From: Octopus vulgaris
Taxonomy: Eukaryota
Assembly: GCA_951406725.2 (NCBI GenBank)
Contig: OX597815.1
Location: 156,674,001-156,738,000, forward strand
Direction of reading: 5' to 3'
Length of the DNA stretch: 64,000 nt
The notes below the pieces were generated by a model that saw nothing but the letters and a program-made list of their open reading frames with translations, did no database searches and was not told where the DNA came from. Positions within the stretch are counted from its first letter, which is position 1, and each line of letters begins with the position of its first letter. Shown one piece after another: positions 53,494 through 64,000 of the stretch. The position numbers and the translations under genes were made by a program.

Positions 53494-56400
53494 TAGTCTT
53501 ATTTTTATAACGTGCTTTCACTGCACTACTGAGCGCAGTTTTTGTGCCTTAGGTATCTGCTGTGATTTTCTGTGATGTGCTTATGATTACTGAATTGAAA
53601 CTGTTTTACATAGGTTGTGTGCAGTGCCTAGTAATGCTATTTTCTGTATGGTATATATACTTGTTAGTACTGGTGTTTTTGTTATGTATTTGTCTGAGTA
53701 ATTTTTTATCATACCTAATGCACCCACTATGATAGGAATTGTTTCTGTTTTTAGACTCTACATTCGAGTTACCTCCTTTTCCGGGCCTTTGTATGTTGGA
53801 GGCTTCTCCATTTCTTTTAGAGAAACGTTTTAGAGAAACTGTTGGTATTGATACATCAATAAGAAAGCACTTTTGTTTCTTCATCGTCTCTAATAACTAT
53901 ATCTGGTGTATTGGCCTTAATTTCTTTATCTGTGTGTATTGGCATGTTTTTGGTAATTTCTGATGGGGATGCTTTGGTCTTGTGATGCAATTAAAAATCC
54001 TTCACTCTCTGCTCTGAGTCCTGAGCTTCTCAACTATTGTTGGGATTTTGCTTTATCTATCCCTTTTGCGTTTAGTTGCTGTTCTAGTTTTAGTTTGGAT
54101 TTCATTTGTTTTACGGCTTTTGTTGTTTCTTCTTTTTCTTCATAGTTGTTAGGTAATATTACTTCTTGTTTGTATTTGTCAGCTTCCTTAATGACTGAAA
54201 ACAGCTTTTTGTTTTGTTCGTGTTTTGTGGCCATTTGTATTAGTTTTTCTTGCTTCTGAAGTAGGTATTTTTGCAGTCCTATGATGGTTAATTTGTAATA
54301 GTTTTATAGCTGTATAAGGCCTCTACCACCTTCTATCGTTGTATATATAACCCTTCTATGTCAGATTTTGGGTGGTGCATCCTAAATCCTGTCATTAATC
54401 TTCTTGTTTTCCTGTCTATTTTGATTAGTACCTTTAGTTTCCAGTTAAGTATATTGTAGCTGTAACTTATAACTGGGACGGCTAGATTGTTGATACCTAT
54501 TATATTGTTTTTTGCATTGAGCTCTGTTTTCAATATTAATCTAACTCGTCTATAGTATTCTTTTTTTAATTTTCTCTTTCATTTCTGCGTGTTGTATCAT
54601 ATCTAGTTCATTGATTCCTAAATATTTGTATATCTGGCTTTGGTGCTATTATGTTACTTCATTTGCTTTATCTAGTGTGATGTTGCTACTCTTAACTAGT
54701 TTTCTTCTTTTCATGGTTGCTTTGGCTCATTTTGCTAAGACAAATTTCATGTTTACTTCTTTGGTAAATGTTTACTTCTTTGATAAATGTACAGTGTGTA
54801 GTAATGTTTCCAGCTGTTTATCATTTGTAGCGTATAGATTTAGGTCATCCATATATAAGTGGCTGAATGCTTTGCCGTAACAACTGTTACGGCATCCAAT
54901 TCTGTTTAGCATGTCAGATAAAAGTATCATTGCCAAGCAGAAAAGGAGTGGAGAGAGCGTGTCTCCCTGGAATATTCCTCTTTTAATGGGGATGGCTTTG
55001 GTTTTTATCAATTCCTCTTTTGTTTGTGCGCTCTAGCACTGTCTAGAGTGTTTTATATATTTTAGGATTATCTGTGTTACCTTGTTCGTGGCTAGTGTTT
55101 CTAGGATCTACGTGTAGGGAATACTATCAAAAGCCTTTCGGTAATCGATCTAGGCCATACTTAAATCCTTCTTCCTGCGGCTGTCTTCAGTTATGGCTTT
55201 GTTGATCATTACTAGATCTTTACAGCCGTATGAACCCTTGCAGCATCCTTTCTGCTCTTCTGGAAATAGGTTGATTTCTTCCAGATGCTTGCTGTTCTCT
55301 GTGCTATTATTGAAGTAAAGGCTTTGTAAATTGTAGGAAGACGAGTTATTGGTCTGTAGTTTTGTGGGTTTTCCGTTTCAGTGGATTTGGGAATTAAGAT
55401 AGCTTTCCCTTTCATGAGCCATTCAGGCATTGTCTCTGACTCTGCTAGTATGCCATTAAATTTCTTAGCCAGCCTTTTGCGTGTTTCCGTCAGATATTTT
55501 AACCAGTAGTTAGGGATCTTGTCGGTGCCCGGGTGTCTTGCAGTTGCTTAGATTTAGCAGTGCCTGGGTGACCTCTTTAGTTGTTATAGGGGTCCAGAGT
55601 TGTTTAGGTGCTAAGTTCGTTGTTTTCATAGCCCTTTTCTGAGGTTGTTCCTTCACCGACCATATTTCTTTCCAAAATTCATCCACTTCTGCCGTTGGTG
55701 CTGCATTGATGTCTATTTTATTTTTGCCAAGTTCTTGGTAGAATCTTTTGGGGTTGGAGTTGAACTGTTTGCTTTCTTCAAAAAAACCTTGGCGTTTCTC
55801 ATACAGGCAGATGTTTTGTGCTTTGGCAAGGATATCTTGCTTTAGCTGTTCTTTTACCTCAGGTAAACCATTTGCTGTAATGTTGTACTTGCACAATATT
55901 TCTGTTCTCTTCTTGTTGCTTAGTAGTGTTGATTGTCTACTAGTTTCTTTGAGGATTGACAGATCTTTTCTCTTGTTTTCTATTTTTCTGGATATTATTT
56001 ATCCACAGGGTTTGTTTGGGTGGTGGTACTCCTGTTTGGATTGGTTTGAGGGAGCATCCAGCTTCTTTTGTGGCCACAGTGACTGTTGCATATATTATGT
56101 CATTTAGCCCAGTGATATTGACATTTTTCCTGTGGCTATTAGTTCTGTGACGGCCAGGTTTATGATATTTATAATTGATGTTGTTTTAGGATCAATCCTA
56201 ATGTTTGGGAGGTACAATTGGTGGTCCACACTGAGATCTGTGGATTTCAGGTCTTTGTTTATGCTCATTTTTAGAGTATTATAATCATTAGGTTCACCTT
56301 CACTATTTCCGGTTTTTAGATTTGTTTTGCTCTCCTTCTCATTCATATGTTTGTCTGTGGTGTTCTGGGTTGGTGCTTTTTGCTCATCATTATACATTCC

Positions 56401-57260
56401 TACGGTCTGAGTTTGTTGTCTTTCGTTGTTTACTTCGCTTTGTTGGAAAAGTTACGTCTGTCGTCGAGTTTTACTGTTTCAGTGCTTATGATATTATTTG
56501 TACTATCTACATTTTCCTAATGTATTTTTCGTTTTAAGTGTTCAATTTCTATTTCTGATTTTGTTTTTTGAGAATATATCTTTGTATGTTAACTAGTTTA
56601 TTAGGGTTCATTGCTGTATCCAAGTCTTTATTTAGGTTATTTTTCTTCCAGATTTTATATGAATATGTTGCGGTGTTTTCGTTCTTTGGGTAGAGCACTG
56701 TTGTAAAATAAGCGGTTCGGATTGAAATATATTCTTCACGTGTCCATTTATGCGTTTTTGATCTTATTTGCGGGACATGAGGAATAACGTCCGGCCCTTT
56801 ATTTTGACGGTTGTCATTTTCGTAGGGTACCTGTCCGTTTATTTCTGCTGTTAAATTATTTTGCACGTTTAGTTTTTCGTACTTTTTGTGTAACAAGCTT
56901 AAAGTACGTACTTCCCGATTGTTACTTTTGGGTTGAATAATACCGGTATTATTTAATTTACTTTTAATTTTTTTGTACATGGGGTTTGGGGATGGAGATG
57001 GTCTGGTGTTGTTTGGATCGTAATGTGGTGAGCGTGTTTACAAGTGCTGTGCATGCAGTGGAGATGATATACAGTTAAAATACATAATTACATTTGGAAA
57101 ATAGAAATACATTTCAATGAGTATTTCTTACTCGCATATAGTCCCACACTTTGTCAGCTATCTTTAGCTCCATGTGATGTCTATATTCCCGATGATTTTG
57201 CTTAGATTTCGCAGCAGTGTTTTATCACTCTTGCATGTTAAACATCCCGAGTTTATTTCT
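53491..57260 (-). mobile_element. Near-full-length R4/Dong-like LINE, pseudogenised (5' boundary approximate)
   Basis: N-terminal KWTREE (Myb-like); F..NPKRFYQEL, NYRPIT.LPT.YK, DYRKAFDS, KRGIFQGDTLSPLLF, HLYMDD, YKYLG, ESEGFLIA.QDQ, KCFLIDVSIP; (AAT)n directly at the 3' end. Confidence 0.92.
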
Positions 57261-57261
57261 G

Positions 57262-57468
<207 letters not shown>

Positions 57469-57654
57469 TATATGAATGCGTGAGAAATGGCTTCTTTGCC
57501 TATTCTACATCATTTTAATTAGTTTATTACTTCTAAAATTATATCTTAACAAAAAATAACTGACTTTTTTTGCCTAAAAAATGTATATATATATATTTAT
57601 GTATATATTTATATTTATATATACATACATAAATATATGTGTGTGTGTGTGTGT

Positions 57655-58404
57655 ACCCCTACTCTCTTTCTCTTTTCTCTCTTCTCTCTTACTCTCTTTC
57701 TCTCTTCTCTCATACTCACCTTCCCCTTCCCCCTTCATCGTCAACCCTCCCACATAAGCCCACCCTACCCCTACACATTGCTACCCCACCTCCCCTATCC
57801 TTCCCATCCCACCCATCCCATCCCTTATACCACCTCCCACATACCCTACCCTCTGCCTACCCACATAGCTCCCACATCTACCCCCACCCGTGCTTTCCCC
57901 AATCTCGCCTCCCCCACCATCACACCACATCACACTGCACCATACCACCACATCACACTGCACCATACCACACAACACATCACATTACAACACATCACAT
58001 TACAACACACCACTATGCACACACCAGCATTGATCAATTCCCATCCCCACATTTTCACACTTACACATACACACACGCACACGTCAAGATCACCAGCCCT
58101 CTTTCACAGGCACATAGTACTCTCTTACACACACGCGCACATTCGTTTTGGGATTACTACTACTTTGTTATCTCCCCTACTTCTTAACTCTTCTGTGTGA
58201 CCCTTCTGTCCGGCATTCGCCATGATAGATCGGTAGCCACTACACACATTTTTTTTATCTCTCCTTGTTTCTTTGTGTGTTCCTTTCTGTGAAAGAGCGT
58301 AGGCTCGAAACGTTAAAGATTTTTCAGTTCTCGAGCGTTATACTAATACATCTGTTTATTTGCTACACCACCTGTCTTTGTCTTTTGCTTTTTTCGTGAA
58401 TTCT

Positions 58405-58407
<3 letters not shown>
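57655..58407 (+). mobile_element. Probable PLE-derived non-coding element: C-rich tract, CACCA-type pentamer repeats, hammerhead-like motif (58283-58318), ending at (TA)n
   Basis: CUUU-CUGUGAA-A-GAGC(GUAG)GCUC-GAAA-CG-UU-AAAG; layout resembles 29370-29570. Confidence 0.5.
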
Positions 58408-58440
<33 letters not shown>

Positions 58441-60117
58441 TTTTATATATATATATGTATGTGTGTGTGTGTGTGTTTGTGTGTGTTTGTGTGTGTGTTT
58501 GTGTGTGTGTGTGTGCGTGTGTGTGTCTGTGTGTCTGTGCGTATCTGTGTGTTTTAGTTGGTAGGGGTTCATCGTAAATATTCTTACTAGTAGCCTGCTA
58601 GTAAATCAATTGGTAGCATAAAACTCAATAAAATCTGAGTAACAATCCGCAGTATCGAATTGTTGGATAGATACTAACCTGTGCACTTAGCTACCCCAAT
58701 GAGTTTAGGAAGGACTATCTATTAGTAGATGTATTATTCTGGAAACACAAAGCTTTATTTTATCAGCTCTTTTACTCTTTTTACTTTATTTATATAACGA
58801 TGCCTTTTCGTTCACCTAAAATGAGTTACCATCGTCGAATCCATGTAATGATAATGACTATAAATAATACTATTAATAACGACAGACTACAACTGTGGTA
58901 AATGTAATAATAATGATAACGATTATAATTATTTGGGATCACATGTAAAGCTTATGATGCTTATAATAACTTATAGGAACCTTGGTAATGCTAGTACCGA
59001 CGGATTAGCTAACACTATAAGTATTATATTGAATATGGTTATGTACAGCATTAGAGTAAATATCATATACGGAATGATACTACTATCCCAGCGTCATCTA
59101 AAATAAGTAATTGTCAGAATAAATTTCAATGCGCGCCAGATGATATATCTGATCAAAAATATTGTGTACAAACTCAACGTTAAATCTAACCTACATACAT
59201 TTGCCTTCGTGAGTTCTACTTATTTTTCAAACTGAGAATATATAATCATCTTCACACATTTAGAGAGAGAGATAAAGCAAGAGCAACACCACTCCCTGCG
59301 AACATTTGAGAGTTAAAGGACAAAAAAATTGAATTCTATTTGACATGAAGCATTGTGAGACGCACTAAGCCTTTTGTTAATGACAGATGTGGTTATAATC
59401 CCTGCTGTGTGGAATTGTTACAACTCATAAGATGCACATGGGAGGTTATTAGTACATCGGATGTATTAAGGAACAAATGCCCGCATTCTATACTAAAAAC
59501 GTTCCTCTAGCTCTTTCCTGAACGTTGTACACGTACCTATTGACCTATAGTATAGACATTAATCACTAGTACACATTACACATTAGATTAATCACTCGTA
59601 ATAAAGTTCTTGAATTATTTTTATGTAGTATTGTATACCTTAATATCATTACCGTTGTAACAGAACATATTCGAACTGTCTTTGCATATCCTAGTTCTAA
59701 CAACAAATATTGATGACTATAAAACCTGTTTCATATTAAATTTACTTTTAGCATTTGCACATGTTTATAATAACAGCATCATACTCGCTAATCGTAATGC
59801 GTTATAGTCCCATAAACTTTTAACACTGATTAGTGTCATGATCTTCATAATTCTTATAGTTCTAAGAAACTTTTTTAACATTCCATTATGTAACTCGATA
59901 CAATTTGAAATCATTAGGTGGCCATCTTCTGGACCTCTATGCTTTGAATTTGTTACTATATTCTAAATAATATTGCAGCAATTTAGGTTAACGTGTTTCT
60001 GCTTATTCATCTGATGATTAATTTTTCCCTTTCTTAAGATCTGACCTTTGAACCCATTGATTTTCGGCAAATAATTAATTGATACCTACATATTTCGTTA
60101 CTCTACAAACATATATT

Positions 60118-60404
60118 CATAATCTGTTGTGTCTGGGGAGAGTCATTTTCTTTTTGTGCCTTATAATATAACACACTCACCGGTAAAATTTCCACTTATT
60201 TCTTATTTTTATTTTCCTAAAATTTTCGTTGCATCTTACAACCTTTTCAATAGTCTTGACTCTGTCCCTATTGAAAAGGTTGCAAGACGCAACGAAAATT
60301 TTAGGAAAATAAAAGTAAGAAAAGAAGTGGAAATTTTACCGCTGAGTGTGTTACATTACAAGACACAAAAAGAAAATGACTCTCCCCAGACACAACAGAA
60401 TATG
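60118..60404. mobile_element. Palindromic MITE / fold-back element
   Basis: ~135-bp inverted arms separated by a 14-nt spacer (60254-60267). Confidence 0.85.
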
Positions 60405-61151
60405 CTTTAACACACGAACTCATATAAAGAATCTTGCAAACCAAATCCAAAAACGAAATATATTCATAAACTGATACCTTTAAATTAACACGGTGTATTA
60501 TATATACACATTTCAATATTTTAGAGCGCATACTTGTTTCTTTATTCCGAGCAGTCTTGCGATAATTGTGTGGATTAATCCTCTCTATTTTAAATCTCCA
60601 TTTCATTAATCTTATTTTGTTCAATTTCTTTTTAATTTCTATCTATCCTTTTCTTCCTTCTCCCCATTTCTCTCATGATTAATTACATCAATGAATAACT
60701 AATAACGACTTTAAAATAATATAGTGCAATAAATGGTTTACATCCGATATTGTCGGTGATTGCCTTCCAGCTTGTTTCGGAAGAGGTAAATGTTTCCTTG
60801 GCGCCTAATTTCTGCTGTATACGGATACGTTCTGCCTCAACTGGCTTTTGTGGACAAGGTTGCTAAGTTTAATGACTTCTTACAGATCCTTAATGCCTCT
60901 AATTGTCTTTCTATTTACGACTATATTCCACTATCTAATCCTTGTGACTAATAGCTTGGAAACACCCTCGCCTCAAACTTAAATGTTGGTATTCTGATTA
61001 GAAATTTCACTTGTTGACAATCCGTTAATTAATCAAGTTATTGCTTCCTTCTCTGCCTGGTGAGTTGGGAGTCTAATTGTATTACGCTTACGTCATAATA
61101 AAACGACTAATGAGTCAAAGAACCTGTTCCTCTGACATGTGAGTGTGTGTA

Positions 61152-61199
<48 letters not shown>

Positions 61200-61499
61200 A
61201 CCTTTCGATTTTTCTTTGTTGTCGAGGCCGACATATATATTTCTATTCATAAATTTCTTCTTAATAATATCAGATAATATTTTTGTTTATTTTCCGAAAT
61301 ATGTTATCGACATGCATTTGCTTTGACCTGCATCATTTACAATGTGTTCGGGCTAAATTGGATGGCTTTTTTGTCACCTTTTCTCAGAAACAGCTTCATG
61401 TATTGGTGAACAGCCAATATCTTTGGAAAGCATAAAGATTAAATTTAGCTGGGATGGAGCGCTAGAATCCATCTGAATGTTGGTAAAGAGTTGGTAGAT

Positions 61500-62160
61500 A
61501 ATTATTTGCGGGTATCAAAATGCTGGTATTATGGTTGCTGCTCAATGCTGTGAACATTGTAAAGGATGTAAGACGTGACATTAGCAACTGCAATAGGGAC
61601 TACGACTCTGTGGCCAGCAGGAAGGGACACATCAGGCGTCCTGACATCGCCCGCGCGCGTGATTCATTCATCAAATGCAGGACAAGGTGATAGAAAATCG
61701 GAGCAAATAAATGAATGCTTGGGCGAGAGAGATGGATGTTTCAGTCACCATCATGAAACTGGCTCCGAATGAGGAACATCGCTAGCACTTGTACAAGATG
61801 CTCAAGAGACAAATTGTAACAACTAAGGTCAAGTTGTGAGGATGCTGGAGACAGTGATCAATCCCTGGTTGGAAACGGTTGCTGCCGAAAGGTCATATGT
61901 GCAGCAACAGGATTTGGCTCCTTGCCACATCTCCGGAAAGTGTCAGAAGTGGTGGTCGGAGAATTTCTACGAATTCACCATTCCGAATTTCTGGCATCCT
62001 AGCTCCCCCGATTGTGATTCGATGGATTGTAATATGCTACGTCAAAGGCCGAGCTGGTGGCCGAGCTCAAGGATGTCTTAGAAGATCTTCCTATGGACAT
62101 AGTGAAAAACACATGCGTGTGACTCTGCAGTTTTCTTGAGACCGTAGTGGTAGCTGTACT
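61500..62160 (+). mobile_element. DD37D (maT-like) transposase remnant
   Basis: LETVINPWLETVAA.RSYV.QQD.APCH.S.K.Q.W..ENF..F..P.FW.PSSPD...MD. Confidence 0.8.
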
Positions 62161-62817
62161 ATTAAAAAGTTATGAAACAATTTATTTTTAAAGATGATCT
62201 TGTCATAAGTTAATTAAGTAATACTGGGGAGAAATGAAAACAAAAATCTATAATAACCTTTTAATTATTTACTTCAGTCATTCGACTCAATCAATTACAC
62301 TGTGTAACAAAATGTTCATTTTCTGTTTTTGTTTTTGGTCAGTAAGTGCTATTTACTATTTGCTTCTATCAAGAAATAAACGAAGGGAAATGGCCACTAT
62401 TTCCTTCGAACTTAGCTTTTCTGAAGTAGACATCAATGTTTTGAAAATGACCTATTTTCCACTACATTTCAAACAGATTCACCGTTGAGTTGCTGAAAGA
62501 AAAATATCTCCAGGCAAATATTCTTCTCAATACCAGAGATTTGCTTGTCAGTTGCTTAACCGTAACCACGTCAGCATAACCCTTTGTGGATGACAATATG
62601 TGTATCTCTGATCATGGACAAGAGCAGAGTGGGAACATCATAGCTATGCGTTTAGATGTATTTTTTATGATTTGAATAAATGTAACAAAATCAAAGTTTG
62701 AAGGAAATATTAGCCATTTTTCATACATCCTAAGTGTAATCAAATAGGGATTAACAGTTGCTACCAAAGGACAAAAATCGTGTTGCACAGCGCCATTTTT
62801 GTACATTCCCTATTTTA

Positions 62818-64000
62818 TCAGGTCATCCCATAAGTTCTGTCCGAATTTCGAATAAAGAAAGCAAGTGATCAAATGTTATACTTAATTGAAATTCAGTCAT
62901 CAATGTACTTTCTCTGATTAAATATGACTTCCTTCCATTTATTTACAAGCTTTTTAATCCCATCAATATAAAATTATTTTGATTTCAAAGCGAAGACCTC
63001 TGAAATGACAGTTTCGACCTCCTCCTGGCTTACGAAAGTTATGTCCCCCAAATGATTCTGTAAACTACGAAACAAATGATAGTCTGCAGGAGCAAGGTCG
63101 GGAGAATAAGGTGGATGAGGAATTTTTTCCCAACCAAGCTCTTCGATCTTTAGTGATGTGATCTTTGCAGTGTAGGGTCGCGCATTGTCCTGATGAAACA
63201 TTACTCCTTTTCGGGTCACTAAAGCGGGTCTTTTTTTCTTCAAACCTTAGTTCAGATGCTCTAATTGCTGACAGTAGACTTCAGCATTGCTGCATTAGGT
63301 GGTAACAATGCAGAATGAAGTACTCCTTTGCATTTCCACCAGATACAGAGAAGAACGCTTTTTCCCATGAATTTCCATTCTCGGTTGTGATTGAGCTTTT
63401 TTACCTTTTGCCACGTTTAGCATTTCGATAGAAGATCCATTTTTCGTCAAAACTCTATTCAAAAAGGGTAAAATAAGTTCGCGAGAATGGAGAGAATAGC
63501 AGATGTCAACTCGGGATTTGCGGTTGCTTTCGGACACTTCATGAGGCACCCATTTCCCAAGTTTAGGAACCTTTCCAAGTTGTTGAAGATGACGATGAAC
63601 AAAGGCATGGTTTGAACTAAGCTTTATTGCCAATTCTTCAAATGATAATGCAGGATTTTCTTCAAGTAATGCCTCAAGGAGCCTATCATCAAACTCAACT
63701 GGACATCCTGTTCGATCTTCATCCTCAAGGCTGAAATCTCCACTTCTGAATTTTGCAAACCATCTTCTGCAACTTCTTTCATTCAAGCATTCTTTCCCAT
63801 AAACTGAGTATGTTTCGAGTTGCTTCGACTGCAGAGTTTCCTTTTTTTTTGTACTCATAAAGCATTATGTGCCTTAAATGCTCTTTGGATACTTCCATGT
63901 TAGAAAGGGTTTAATCAAAGAAATTTAATTGTATTATTGTGTAAATTAATATTTGATTAGTTTAAATGTACACAAATGCATAAAAATAGTTTTTAATTCC
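62818..64000 (-). mobile_element. Mariner (DD34D, cecropia/mellifera-like), frameshifted; other TIR lies beyond the window
   Basis: TA plus TIR TCAGGTCATCCCATAAGTTCTGTCCG; ATG at 63898; RRWFAKFRSGDFSLED, GKWVPHE, HQDNARPY, HPPYSPDLAPADYHLFRSL. Confidence 0.93.

Noticed and set aside
57050-57260. HDV-like ribozyme at the R4 5' end
   Set aside because: I could not build the P1/P2/P3 nested pseudoknot by eye

Overview
AT-rich eukaryotic DNA packed with microsatellites and transposable-element debris. The SINE families and repeat style resemble octopus (coleoid cephalopod) genomes; this is an inference and was not searched. I find no intact host protein-coding gene, and most ORFs in the supplied track are translated microsatellites. 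Recognisable content: three SINE families; CR1/L2-group and RTE LINE remnants; six R4/Dong-like (RLE) LINE pieces; Penelope-like (PLE) fragments; two mariner copies (one near full length with 37-bp TIRs) plus a mariner deletion derivative; two DD37D/maT remnants; a Helitron Rep-Hel remnant; and a 287-bp palindromic MITE. Four features stand out. (1) A decayed multi-exon immunoglobulin-superfamily membrane-receptor pseudogene on the minus strand (~18.8-22.0 kb), invisible in the ORF track. (2) Six minimal hammerhead-ribozyme-like motifs, whose cores include compensatory G3-C8 and U3-A8 swaps of the canonical C3-G8 pair. (3) A ~20-kb strand-polarised (TAA)n-type microsatellite nest (37-57.5 kb) holding co-oriented R4/Dong LINEs and five copies of a 548-bp non-coding retroposon. 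(4) A telomeric-repeat patch at a deletion junction in one of those copies. All alignments and translations were done by eye, so boundaries of degraded elements are approximate.
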